A stretch of DNA of 59,707 nucleotides from contig JARIGN010000013.1 in the NCBI GenBank assembly GCA_029288835.1, positions 1 to 59,707 on the forward strand, in the 5' to 3' direction. This document shows positions 51,247 to 59,707 of this stretch, piece by piece. This stretch comes from Candidatus Kaiserbacteria bacterium. Lineage in GTDB: Bacteria > Patescibacteriota > Minisyncoccia > Phycocordibacterales > Phycocordibacteraceae. The position numbers and the translations under genes are program-made. The number at the start of each line of letters is the position of its first letter. Position 1 is the first letter of the stretch. The notes under the pieces were generated by a model. That model did not search any database and was not told the DNA's origin. It saw nothing but the letters and a program-made list of their open reading frames with translations.

Positions 51247-51625
51247 CCTTTGCAGAAGGTTCCAGAAGACGCATCAATGTATCTTGAAGGTCTTTCATAC
51301 CAACTGGCTTTGTGAGATGCGCAGTGAAGCCGGCATCAAGGGCACGCTGGCGATCTTCTCCCAGACCATAGCCGGTGAGTGCAATGATGGGCACGGTGAT
51401 CTGATGCTCGCTACGCAAAATACCTACGAGCGTGTAGCCGTCCATTTCAGGCATTCCAATGTCGAGGATGATGGCATCAGGAATTTCTTGCGAAAGATAT
51501 TCGCGGGCTTCGGTCGCGGAATAGCGGCTTTCCGCGTTCCAACCAAGTGCTTTAAGGAGGCGGACGAGGGCGTCTGCGGCGAGAGCGTTGTCGTCGATAA
51601 TGAGCACTTTCTTAGTGTTCTCCAT
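51212..51625 (-). CDS. stand-alone response regulator receiver protein
   Basis: VLIIDDN, ILDIGMPEMDG, LTKP; 35-nt convergent overlap with 50710..51246. Confidence 0.9.
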   Translation of the reverse strand: MENTKKVLIIDDNALAADALVRLLKALGWNAESRYSATEAREYLSQEIPDAIILDIGMPEMDGYTLVGILRSEHQITVPIIALTGYGLGEDRQRALDAGFTAHLTKPVGMKDLQDTLMRLLEPSAKVTAPQESSAFA

Positions 51626-51660
51626 TTGCGTTATTATTAAATAGTATAGATGAACATCTC

Positions 51661-52236
51661 ATGAATCAAGTCCCTATAAACGATTCAGCGTTATCTTTTG
51701 AGGAGGCAATTGCCGGCCTTGAAATTCCCCAAAATATAGTATCTACGCTGTGTTTGCTTACCGTTCAGTATGTCTCTTTTGATGAAAAAGTTCATGAAGG
51801 CCAGCTGATTGTGCATAAAAATGTCGCTCACGAGCTTGAGCTCATCTTTCAAGAAATTTTGGAGCTCCGCTTCCCTATCCAGAGTGTTATTCCCATGGCG
51901 GTGTATGGCGCTGACCCTATTAACGGCGGCTGGGATGACGAAGCGTCTATGTCGATGAATAACACCTCTGCCTTTAACTATCGGCCAATTTTTGGAACTG
52001 ACCAGCTTTCAAACCATGCGCGTGGCCTCGCCGTGGACATAAACCCTCAGCTTAATCCAGCAGTAGCTATAGATGGCACCCTCCAGCCCGCAAATGGAAT
52101 CTATGATCCCACGAAGCCCGGCACACTCACGCCCAACAGCCCTGTGGTGCAGATATTTGAAAGCCGCGGCTGGCGATGGCTCGGCCGCCGAGAACGAAAA
52201 GATTGGCAGCATTTTGATAAGGCAGACGCGGCCTAA
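51661..52236 (+). CDS. M15 family metallopeptidase (VanX/VanY-like D-Ala-D-Ala peptidase fold)
   Basis: HARGLAVDIN (H-x6-D) and WQHFD motifs. Confidence 0.8.
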   Translation: MNQVPINDSALSFEEAIAGLEIPQNIVSTLCLLTVQYVSFDEKVHEGQLIVHKNVAHELELIFQEILELRFPIQSVIPMAVYGADPINGGWDDEASMSMNNTSAFNYRPIFGTDQLSNHARGLAVDINPQLNPAVAIDGTLQPANGIYDPTKPGTLTPNSPVVQIFESRGWRWLGRRERKDWQHFDKADAA

Positions 52237-52670
52237 TGAAGAGAAATTCGATTCTTTCTTAAGAAGGTCATTATTCTCTTTCTTACTTTTTCATGATCTG
52301 CTGAGTTACTAGCAGCCACAGAAGTAGCAAATTCATATAGTTTATCGTTGCTTACATTAATCCAGGCGTCATATTTATAGAAAAAATAGAGTAGCGTCAT
52401 AACTGCAATTCTTTTATTTCCATTCTGAAAAGGATGATTCTTAATTATGAGGTAAAATAAAATACTACCTTTTCCCGTTAACCCTCGGTATAAAGAATGC
52501 CCACCAAATTTTTGAAATGGGGTTCGTAAGCAGCTCTCTAATTTACCAGGATAGCGAGTGCTAAATTCTGGTATAGGCTCATCATAATTCATCAATTGTC
52601 TTGCAAGACTATGAGCGACTTCTTCTATCTCATTCACTCTAAGCGGTGAGATTCTTGAAGTAAGTCTCAT
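52233..52670 (-). CDS. doc: Fic/Doc family toxin (death-on-curing type)
   Basis: HPFQNGNKRIAV Fic motif; AT-rich; 2-nt gap to the upstream HTH gene. Confidence 0.85.
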   Translation of the reverse strand: MRLTSRISPLRVNEIEEVAHSLARQLMNYDEPIPEFSTRYPGKLESCLRTPFQKFGGHSLYRGLTGKGSILFYLIIKNHPFQNGNKRIAVMTLLYFFYKYDAWINVSNDKLYEFATSVAASNSADHEKVRKRIMTFLRKNRISLH

Positions 52671-52672
52671 GT

Positions 52673-52939
52673 TTATTCTTTAGCAAGCCGATCAAACGTT
52701 ACTTTATATTCTTTAACCGCTTTTGTTACTGCATCATTAATTTTTTTCTTTTGAATAGAGGAAATAGTAACACCAGGAAATTCTTGAAGATCATGTAGGG
52801 CAATAATGTAATTTCTTCCGATTTTTCGGGCTCGTAATTTCCCCATAGTAATCTTTTTATGCACCGCAATTCTACTTATACCCAACATCTGTGCAACTTC
52901 TGAGGTTGAAAAATATGCTTTATTTCCTTTGTGTTCCAT
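52673..52939 (-). CDS. excisionase-type helix-turn-helix DNA-binding protein, presumed antitoxin
   Basis: FSTSEVAQMLGISRIAVHKKITMGKLRARKIGRNYII matches the HTH_17/excisionase pattern; operonic with doc. Confidence 0.7.
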   Translation of the reverse strand: MEHKGNKAYFSTSEVAQMLGISRIAVHKKITMGKLRARKIGRNYIIALHDLQEFPGVTISSIQKKKINDAVTKAVKEYKVTFDRLAKE

Positions 52940-53021
52940 GTTACCAAGTTAACATATGTTAACTTGGGTGACAAGTATAAACCTTTACATCTCATCTTTC
53001 AGCAGTATAGTGGGCGGCAAG

Positions 53022-54164
53022 ATGATCAAGGAACGCTTTATACAGATTCTGAAAGAAGCGGACATTCAGGTGAACGGTTCTCGCCCGTGGGACATCCAGG
53101 TGCATGATGAGCGCATATACCGCCGCATTTTTCTCCATGGCACCCTTGGACTTGGTGAGTCCTATATGGACGGGTGGTGGGACTGTGAAGATCTGGCCGG
53201 CTGCATTACACGCCTTCTCAGCATCGGAGCGGACCAGACGGCACCAAATTTCCCCCAGAAGCTCCTCTCCTTTTCGCAAAAGATCTTTAACCTGCAAAAT
53301 CCGGTGAAGGCATGGCGCGTCGGCAAAGAGCATTATGACCTCGGCAATGACCTGTATGAAGCTATGCTGGACAAACGCCTTGTGTATACCTGCGCATATT
53401 GGAAGGATGTGCCGGTCACCACGGCAGCGGGTCTCGACCAAGCACAAGAGAATAAACTTCGCCTCATCTGTGAAAAGCTTCGCCTAAAGCCTGGCCAGCG
53501 CGTGCTCGATATTGGATGTGGATGGGGTTCGTTTGCGAAGTTCGCGGCTGAAGAGTATGGGGTTTCCGTTGTCGGCATAACCGTATCAAAAGAACAGGTA
53601 GCGCTCGGCATGGAGCTCTGTAAAGGCCTCCCGGTTGAGCTCAAGCTTATGGACTACCGTGACCTTCCGAAGCACTATGCGGAGGGAAAGAACGGCGGCA
53701 AGTTTGACCACATCGTCTCCATTGGCATGTTTGAGCACGTTGGCCCAAAGAACTATCAGGTATATATGGAAACGGCTCGAAAAGTTTTAAAACCGGAAGG
53801 ACTCTTCCTTTTACACACTATTGGCGGTGGGGGTGCCGACCCCTGGCTAAACAAATATATTTTCCCGGGCGGGTACTTGCCGCGTGTCGAGGAAATCTCC
53901 ACAGCCGCAAAGTTTAGCTTCATCATGGAAGACTGGCATAATTTCGGCGCATACTATGACCTCACGCTTTGCGCGTGGTATGAAAATTTTGAAAAGGCGT
54001 GGCCGCAGCTTAAAGCCTCAGGAAAATATACCGACCGCTTCTATCGTATGTGGCGGTACTATTTGCTCCTCTGTGCTGCAGCCTTCCGCGTGCGTAACAC
54101 GCAGCTCTGGCAGATCGTGCTTTCTCCAAACGGCGTTCCGGGCGGGTACCAATCGGTGCGCTAA
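53022..54164 (+). CDS. cfa: cyclopropane-fatty-acyl-phospholipid synthase
   Basis: YDLGNDLYEAMLD, VLDIGCGWG SAM motif, GMFEHVG, full-length CFA synthase layout; start at ATG 53022. Confidence 0.9.
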   Translation: MIKERFIQILKEADIQVNGSRPWDIQVHDERIYRRIFLHGTLGLGESYMDGWWDCEDLAGCITRLLSIGADQTAPNFPQKLLSFSQKIFNLQNPVKAWRVGKEHYDLGNDLYEAMLDKRLVYTCAYWKDVPVTTAAGLDQAQENKLRLICEKLRLKPGQRVLDIGCGWGSFAKFAAEEYGVSVVGITVSKEQVALGMELCKGLPVELKLMDYRDLPKHYAEGKNGGKFDHIVSIGMFEHVGPKNYQVYMETARKVLKPEGLFLLHTIGGGGADPWLNKYIFPGGYLPRVEEISTAAKFSFIMEDWHNFGAYYDLTLCAWYENFEKAWPQLKASGKYTDRFYRMWRYYLLLCAAAFRVRNTQLWQIVLSPNGVPGGYQSVR

Positions 54165-54165
54165 A

Positions 54166-54190
54166 AATAAAACCGCCTTGGCGGTTTTAT
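54166..54190. terminator. bidirectional intrinsic terminator
   Basis: AAAATAAAACCGCC-TTG-GCGGTTTTATT. Confidence 0.7.
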
Positions 54191-54191
54191 T

Positions 54192-54695
54192 CTAATTATT
54201 TTCTTTATTTTTTCCTGCTTTTGCCAAACAGCGGGGGCATTTGCAGCCCTTTGGCTTGATATGTTCTTCGTAAAAATCCTTGCCGTAGTCATAGGAAAGC
54301 TCCTCGCCGGCCTTAATGTTCTTTATAGAAAAGATAAACACGCGGCCTTTATGGATTTCTGGCTCGCAGTTTGGCACATGGGAAAAATTAATATAGCGGG
54401 CAGTGTTTGAGCGCGCACTGCCATCGATAGTTTTGTTCTTATTTATTTCAAAAAGGTATTGGCTCTTGCTGCTATACTCTTCTTCCTTTGAAATCTGACG
54501 GCCGGTGTATTCAATGACGCACTTCCCTTTTGGGATCGGCTCGCCCGCAAAGAGTCCAAGACCCGCCGTTGAGCGCTTCACTTTTAAAATAAAATTACCC
54601 GGCTCATATTTGCCTGGCTTTTTGGTTTTAGCTATTGCTTTCTTCCCTTTTTTCTCGGCCACGTCAGCTAATGATAGCGCATGGCCTATCGGCAC
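54192..54695 (-). CDS. SET domain protein-lysine methyltransferase
   Basis: ARYINFSHVPNCE (cf. RFINHSCxPN), GEELSYDYG (ELxYDY), post-SET-like CKCPRC; basic N-terminus. Confidence 0.8.
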   Translation of the reverse strand: MPIGHALSLADVAEKKGKKAIAKTKKPGKYEPGNFILKVKRSTAGLGLFAGEPIPKGKCVIEYTGRQISKEEEYSSKSQYLFEINKNKTIDGSARSNTARYINFSHVPNCEPEIHKGRVFIFSIKNIKAGEELSYDYGKDFYEEHIKPKGCKCPRCLAKAGKNKENN

Positions 54696-54718
54696 GCAAT
54701 TATTTTGCCTCTAAAGAA

Positions 54719-55426
54719 CTAGAACTTTGCGTAGGCAAGGTTCTGGCTGTTGTGGACGAGCGCAGCAAGACCAGCCTGGGTCTGAGGAATATGGGCAGGG
54801 TCAACATATCCCACCACCTTGATCTGCACGCCGGTACAGGCACCAAGCGCAACGCTCGGGTTAATGTAGCGGCCACCAAAGTTCACCTTGTCGTTCTGGT
54901 CAAGCTGAATGTCGATGCGCGGCGCGATAAAGCGTGCGTTCGTCGTATCCGCAATCACTCGGTAACCGATAAGGTGTGACACTGAATCATAGCCACAGTA
55001 TGGCCCATCATTCGCAGACGTTGGACCGTCCACCTCAATAATGGTTCCGAAAGGTAGCTGCTTTGCAAGACCCCATGAGCGGGCAGCAATAACTTCAGGG
55101 TTGGTATGCGCACCGCTGGCGGTGAGCCATGGTGTAGCACTGGTTTGTGACGGGACCGCGTTATAGGAGGTAAGCGTCACCTTGTAGGTGGCGAGGGATG
55201 CTACTTCGCTATCTGAAGAGTTCGATAGTGAAGGTGAGAGCAAGCTAGGCGTTGTCGCTGAAGCTGCTCCCTGAACCGAAGAAACCGGTGCGGTCGTCAT
55301 GCTTTCGATGTTCGCTGAAGTCGTTGATAGCGGCTCCTGAACAGTCTGGGCATTGGCCACGAGGGGCACTAAGACACTATTGGACAAAATGGTTGAGGCC
55401 AAAATAAGGCCTGCGGTTTTGTGCAT
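54719..55426 (-). CDS. secreted 3D-domain (RlpA/MltA-like double-psi beta-barrel) protein
   Basis: Signal peptide; TSYNAVPSQT...TASG...IAA...LPFGTIIEVDG...ADTTNARFIAPRIDI follows the 3D-domain pattern. Confidence 0.6.
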   Translation of the reverse strand: MHKTAGLILASTILSNSVLVPLVANAQTVQEPLSTTSANIESMTTAPVSSVQGAASATTPSLLSPSLSNSSDSEVASLATYKVTLTSYNAVPSQTSATPWLTASGAHTNPEVIAARSWGLAKQLPFGTIIEVDGPTSANDGPYCGYDSVSHLIGYRVIADTTNARFIAPRIDIQLDQNDKVNFGGRYINPSVALGACTGVQIKVVGYVDPAHIPQTQAGLAALVHNSQNLAYAKF

Positions 55427-55706
55427 AAGTGAATCAGGAAGGAAATCCGCCAGAAATCAACAAGTGACCCTGAAACGAGGAATGACTACTTGCGTAGTCA
55501 TTAATTTCTCCCCTGATCCTTACGACTATCCTATCACCAAGAGGGGTCTTTTGTCAAGCCTTTTGGAGGATTTTTGGACACGATACGGGTGAGAAAAGCA
55601 AGTAAATAGGCCATATTTTGGCGAAACTCAGCAGATCCTTTAAATTGAATGATGTGAAGGTTTAATGGACAAAATCCCCCAAACTTCTATTTTGATAAGT
55701 AGTTGA

Positions 55707-55814
55707 TTAATACATTATTTTCATAATGTAATTACCAATGAAAGGAATACTTAATACCATTCCTATACAAATAATTGTTGCAAATACGTAAACAAATATA
55801 TCTTTAGATTTCAT
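55707..55814 (-). CDS. possible 35-aa hydrophobic peptide
   Basis: Hand-translated MKSKDIFVYVFATIICIGMVLSIPFIGNYIMKIMY in a very AT-rich spacer; no clear SD. Confidence 0.15.
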   Translation of the reverse strand: MKSKDIFVYVFATIICIGMVLSIPFIGNYIMKIMY

Positions 55815-55933
55815 CTTAATATATATTATAGCTTTATTTTTCATTCATGAGCGCTTCATAAGTACTTCATGTAGAATAGCGTTATATTAAGCTATTACTG
55901 ATGTGCTCTAACCCAGCTTGATAAGCATTTCCT

Positions 55934-56611
55934 ATGCGAATACTGATTGTTGAAGATGAAGAAAAACTGGCGCAGGCGGTCAAAAAAGGCCTTGAACTTA
56001 AGGGGTTCAGCGTCGACTGGCTTTCTGATAGCGAAAAAGCCCGCACCCGCATCCTGCTCTATAAGGAAGAATATGACCTCGTCCTTTTGGACCTCATGCT
56101 TCCGGGCATTAGCGGAGACCAGATCTGCCGGGATGTACGTGAGGCCGGTATCACCACCCCGATCATCATGCTTACCGCACGCGACGAGACAGAATACAAG
56201 GTAGACCTCCTGAATAGCGGCGCTGACGACTATATCACGAAGCCCTTTGCCTTTGACGAATTAGTGGCCCGCATCAACGCGATCCTCCGCCGTCCCGAGC
56301 AGTCACACAGCGCAAACCTCAAGGTGCGCGATATTGAGCTGAATCCCGGCAAGCATGTCGTGACCAAGAATGGAAAAGAGGTATCACTTACCCTCAAGGA
56401 ATTCTCGCTCCTCGAACTCTTCATGCGCCACCCTGACGAAGCATTGCCGCGCGAGACGATTCTTGACCATGTATGGAACTTTGACTTCCCTGGTTTTAGC
56501 AATGTGCTCGATGTGCATATGAAAAACCTTCGTAAAAAATTAGACACCTATGCAGAATCAGACCCCCTCTTTGAAACCATCCGTGGCGTGGGTTACCGAC
56601 TTAACGCATAA
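55934..56611 (+). CDS. OmpR/PhoB family response regulator
   Basis: MRILIVEDE, LLDLMLPG, winged-helix C-domain (TLKEFSLLELF...ETIRGVGYRL). Confidence 0.93.
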   Translation: MRILIVEDEEKLAQAVKKGLELKGFSVDWLSDSEKARTRILLYKEEYDLVLLDLMLPGISGDQICRDVREAGITTPIIMLTARDETEYKVDLLNSGADDYITKPFAFDELVARINAILRRPEQSHSANLKVRDIELNPGKHVVTKNGKEVSLTLKEFSLLELFMRHPDEALPRETILDHVWNFDFPGFSNVLDVHMKNLRKKLDTYAESDPLFETIRGVGYRLNA

Positions 56612-57596
56612 GTATCGGTCCAACCAGATTTTCAAGGCCACGGTTAATATCGTGACCCTGAAGGTGATATTTGGTCTGCTTATTCTTGCGGTAATGACGC
56701 TTGCCATAGTGAATGCGCAGCAGCATCCGCTTACGGCGCTTCCCGGAGCGTGGCTCTGCATCATTTTACTGACGGCCATATTTGGCTTCTTCCAGGTGCG
56801 CTACGCCATTACGCCGGCACGAGATTCCCTAAAGTTCCAGAAGCGCTTCATCGGAAATATTGCGCACGAGCTTCGTACCCCGCTCGCCATCATTAAAACC
56901 ACGACCGAGGTCGCGCTCATTGATACACGTCTTTCTCCTGAGCTGCACGAAGCCTTTGATGATATTCTCCTCGAGCTCGATAGGATATCGGAAACGATTA
57001 ATAACCTGCTTTCATTTGATACGCTCTCCCAGCCAAACCGAATGCGCATGGAGCCAGTTAACATTTCAAAGATTGCGGAAAGTGTCCTTGAGCGTAATGC
57101 GGCTCTCGCAAAATCTCGTGGCATTTCCCTCTCGCTCCTTTCAAGCCCTACCAAAATGGTGCTGGGTAACATGACGGCCCTTGAGCAGGTGGTGAGTAAC
57201 CTCGTCAAGAATGCTATCAACTACACTCCCGCAAATAGCGACGGCTCGGTTCGTATTTCTATTGAAAATGATTACCGGAACTGGGTAGTGCTTGCGGTTA
57301 TAGATACCGGCATTGGTATTGGCCCCAAAGACCTATACCACATTTTTGAGCCATACTATCGCGGAGATACTTCTCGAGCGCGTAATGTGGGTACCGGAAG
57401 CAGCGGTCTCGGCCTTGCCATCGTTAATGAGATTGTACGTATGCATAAAGGGACTATTTCCGTTAAAAGCGCGGTTGGAAATGGCACAACAATAGCGGTA
57501 ACCCTTCCGCCTGCACCAGCTGATGCAAAGACTAACGAGCCTGAGCTCGATACTTCAGCAGAAGGAATTCATGAAGTATTGGTGGATTTCACCTAA
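56550..57596 (+). CDS. sensor histidine kinase
   Basis: Two TMs, H-box AHELRTPLA, N/G boxes; ATG 56550 overlaps the regulator by 62 nt, so the true start may be a downstream GTG. Confidence 0.88.
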   Translation: MQNQTPSLKPSVAWVTDLTHKYRSNQIFKATVNIVTLKVIFGLLILAVMTLAIVNAQQHPLTALPGAWLCIILLTAIFGFFQVRYAITPARDSLKFQKRFIGNIAHELRTPLAIIKTTTEVALIDTRLSPELHEAFDDILLELDRISETINNLLSFDTLSQPNRMRMEPVNISKIAESVLERNAALAKSRGISLSLLSSPTKMVLGNMTALEQVVSNLVKNAINYTPANSDGSVRISIENDYRNWVVLAVIDTGIGIGPKDLYHIFEPYYRGDTSRARNVGTGSSGLGLAIVNEIVRMHKGTISVKSAVGNGTTIAVTLPPAPADAKTNEPELDTSAEGIHEVLVDFT

Positions 57597-57721
57597 TTTC
57601 ATTTTTACTTCATATACAGTTTCGTACACTGCACCTACATCGGAAAGATCCTGTGTACGCGAGAATTGTTTTGAGATTAGCAGATAGCAGTCTCTTCTAT
57701 GGTAAAAATACGAGGATAGTT

Positions 57722-57770
57722 GCCGGGGAAGGTCGCAATACACTTGCTACCTTCCCCGGCGCCTTTTCAT
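57722..57770. terminator. bidirectional terminator between the kinase gene and uppP
   Basis: GCCGGGGAAGGT-(15 nt)-ACCTTCCCCGGC + GCCTTTTC. Confidence 0.65.
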
Positions 57771-57776
57771 ACTGAG

Positions 57777-58643
57777 CTAATGCGTAAGCAGGAAGAACGA
57801 GAGCGCTCCAAAAATAATGCAGTACCACGCAAACGGAATGAGGGTATTTGTTTTGAAATAACGAACGAGGAACGTAACTGAACAGAACGCTGCCACGGCC
57901 GCAACAACTGAGCCAAAGAGAATCGGTGCTACCGGAAAGGTTGCGTGTAAAAGCGCAGGAAGCTTCAGGAGTGCCGCAGCAAAGATGATAGGCGTTGCCA
58001 TGAGGAACGAAAAACGAGCGGCACTTTCGTGGTCAAGGCCGGCAAGAAGGCTTCCGGCAAGAGACGAGCCAGTGCGCGAAAACCCTGGAATGAGGGCGAG
58101 CGCCTGCATAAGACCTGCGCCAAACGCCTGCGGCCAAGAGAGTTTCGCAATGGCAGCGTCGCCGGCATTACGCAGATTTTCGAGACGAAGCCGGTTCCGC
58201 TTCACAAGCTCGATACCATACAGGAGAGCACCATTTAATACGAGAACAAGCGAGACCAGCATTGGCGCAGCAAAAAGCCCTTCAATCTTTTTTTGTAAGG
58301 CGAGACCCAGTATGCCGGCAGGAATAGTGGCCACGATGAGGAGCCACGCAAGCTTTGCATAGGTATCTTGAGCATCAAGCGCGCGGCGCGCGGAAAACTG
58401 CCCCACCATGCGAAAGAATCCCTGGATGATCTGGAGCCATTCGCGCCAGAAATAGAGGAGGAGCGCGCAGGCGGTCGCGAAGTGAGTGGCGACCAGGAAA
58501 AGAACAAACGCCTGCGCGCTTTGGTCTACCTGCCAGTGCAAGAGCGCCGGAATCAAAACGCTGTGGCCAAGGCTCGAAATAGGAAAAAGCTCTGTAACTC
58601 CTTGGAGGAGACCAAGAAAACCTGCCTGGGCAAACGTCAACAT
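57777..58643 (-). CDS. uppP: undecaprenyl-diphosphate phosphatase
   Basis: GLLQGVTELFPISSLGH and PGFSRTGSS BacA/UppP motifs. Confidence 0.93.
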   Translation of the reverse strand: MLTFAQAGFLGLLQGVTELFPISSLGHSVLIPALLHWQVDQSAQAFVLFLVATHFATACALLLYFWREWLQIIQGFFRMVGQFSARRALDAQDTYAKLAWLLIVATIPAGILGLALQKKIEGLFAAPMLVSLVLVLNGALLYGIELVKRNRLRLENLRNAGDAAIAKLSWPQAFGAGLMQALALIPGFSRTGSSLAGSLLAGLDHESAARFSFLMATPIIFAAALLKLPALLHATFPVAPILFGSVVAAVAAFCSVTFLVRYFKTNTLIPFAWYCIIFGALSFFLLTH

Positions 58644-58682
58644 AGAGAAAAGTGTACCATTATTCCACGAAAAAAGCGCCTA

Positions 58683-59324
58683 TTATTTGTGTATTTTACT
58701 TGTTACGCGAGATATGTGCTTCAGTAGTTTCCTCCAGACCCCAATCTTTTTGAGATACAAGTAGCCTAAAACTGCAGCTACTCCAAAAAGCACGATGATG
58801 AGCGTGTATCGTTCGATGATCCAAAGCATTAATTGGTAGCGGTTTCCAAAGAAATAGCCTGCAACAATGAATTCTCCGCAGCCAACAATCACGCCGGGGA
58901 TGTTATAGAGAAGGAACTTTGAAAAAGGAATTTCAAAAATACCTGCCGTGACTGGCGCTAATTTTGAGAAAGGCCCGACGAGACGTGCGAGGAAGATTCC
59001 GGGTAAGCCATATTTGTCTATAAGTTTTTCAATGCGGTGATAATTTTTTTCGTTAAAAAATTTACCATCCTTGGTAAAGATTGACGTGCCAATGAAGCGG
59101 CCAATCCAGTAGCTTGAGGTATCTCCAAGAATTGCGCCGCCATACAGCACCAGCATCACGAGCCAGATATTGAGCACGTGGGTACCAGCAAGAATAGAGC
59201 CGCTGAGGAGAAAAAGCTCGCCAGGAATGAAAAGTGAGGGGCCAATAAGTGCTTCAAAATAGGCACCGAGAAAGAGCACAAGGTAGGCGAGGCTTGTATG
59301 AGCCGCAAGCCACGCCATGAACAT
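58683..59324 (-). CDS. DedA family (VTT domain) membrane protein
   Basis: FEALIGPSLFIPGE, FLARLVGPFSKLAPVTAG; start set to the ATG at 59324 (the track start 59471 would overlap the upstream gene). Confidence 0.8.
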   Translation of the reverse strand: MFMAWLAAHTSLAYLVLFLGAYFEALIGPSLFIPGELFLLSGSILAGTHVLNIWLVMLVLYGGAILGDTSSYWIGRFIGTSIFTKDGKFFNEKNYHRIEKLIDKYGLPGIFLARLVGPFSKLAPVTAGIFEIPFSKFLLYNIPGVIVGCGEFIVAGYFFGNRYQLMLWIIERYTLIIVLFGVAAVLGYLYLKKIGVWRKLLKHISRVTSKIHK

Positions 59325-59415
59325 GCCCAGTGGCGTGGTGATGTAATGCGAGGAAAACTGGTGGAGGCGCGTGCGTGCGACCGCTCGGGAGGAACTCGCA
59401 ATAGCCTTCGTCGTG

Positions 59416-59707
59416 CTAGCGAACGACTTTGTACTTGAGGCGACGCTGGATAGAGGCAAGGTAGTCGGCATGGTGTGGAATCATAATAGCAAATATCCAC
59501 ATTCCTACCCACACCGGAATTTGCTTCCAGCCGCCGTTCTGGTAGCGGCGGGTTGAAGTATGGACGAGCGGGGTGGAAAAGAAGAAAAATGGCCCATGTT
59601 TGCGGACGCGCTTGGCAAAGGTCTCGTCTTCCCCCACTGCTAAGTCTTCATCAAACTTTTCAAGCGCAAGGAGCGAGCGACGCACGAGCATGGCGCCGCC
59701 GTAGGCG
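59416..59707 (-). CDS. glycosyltransferase family 2, C-terminal part (gene runs off the window)
   Basis: FDEDLAVGEDETFAKRVRK (ED motif region) and C-terminal TM; no start within the window. Confidence 0.55.
   Translation of the reverse strand, partial: AYGGAMLVRRSLLALEKFDEDLAVGEDETFAKRVRKHGPFFFFSTPLVHTSTRRYQNGGWKQIPVWVGMWIFAIMIPHHADYLASIQRRLKYKVVR

Noticed and set aside
57555-57743. 62-aa minus-strand ORF between the kinase gene and uppP
   Set aside because: It overlaps the kinase 3' end and the bidirectional terminator, and has no SD or recognisable motif.

Overview
This 59.7-kb window looks like a small-genome bacterium. The gene content and style suggest Patescibacteria/CPR, but that is inference only, because no searches could be run. 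Product calls rest on motifs read in the supplied translations, and all GC values are by-eye estimates.

Most of the window is tightly packed housekeeping:
- ribosomal proteins L27, L9 and L21
- Cys-, Lys- (class I) and Pro-tRNA ligases
- dnaB, recR, rmuC and a degenerate priA
- def-fmt, frr, greA, hpf
- a short dcw block (mraZ-rsmH-ftsL-ftsI-murF)
- mreBCD-mrdA plus a second mreB, murA, rseP, uppP
- two two-component systems

Two tRNA genes are present, tRNA-Glu(CUC) at 15590-15664 (-) and tRNA-Asn(GUU) at 38890-38961 (+). Both look like insertion hot spots.

**tRNA-Asn locus (main candidate).** Downstream of tRNA-Asn (38.96-44.7 kb) lies a co-oriented array of about 12 small orphan ORFs.
- Almost every ORF has its own promoter, Shine-Dalgarno sequence (SD) and intrinsic terminator.
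- The first units are separated by decayed copies of the tRNA-Asn 3' end. These include an exact 11-nt repeat and the module CGGAG-N5-TTGACA, present three times.
- No recombinase is visible anywhere in the window.
- This integron-like, tRNA-anchored cassette array is my main candidate for an undescribed system.

**tRNA-Glu locus.** Next to tRNA-Glu, a roughly 1-kb cassette is bracketed by 44/45-identical tRNA-end-like direct repeats. It carries a strikingly GC-rich, GC3-biased acidic ORF under a consensus AT-rich promoter and terminator. More tRNA-Glu 3' fragments lie around it in both orientations.

**Other accessory items:**
- a secreted protein with three FN3-like repeats
- a Doc toxin paired with an excisionase-type HTH
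- a SET-domain methyltransferase
- an M15 peptidase/cytidylyltransferase/orphan-regulator cluster

No CRISPR array, rRNA gene or transposase was seen.
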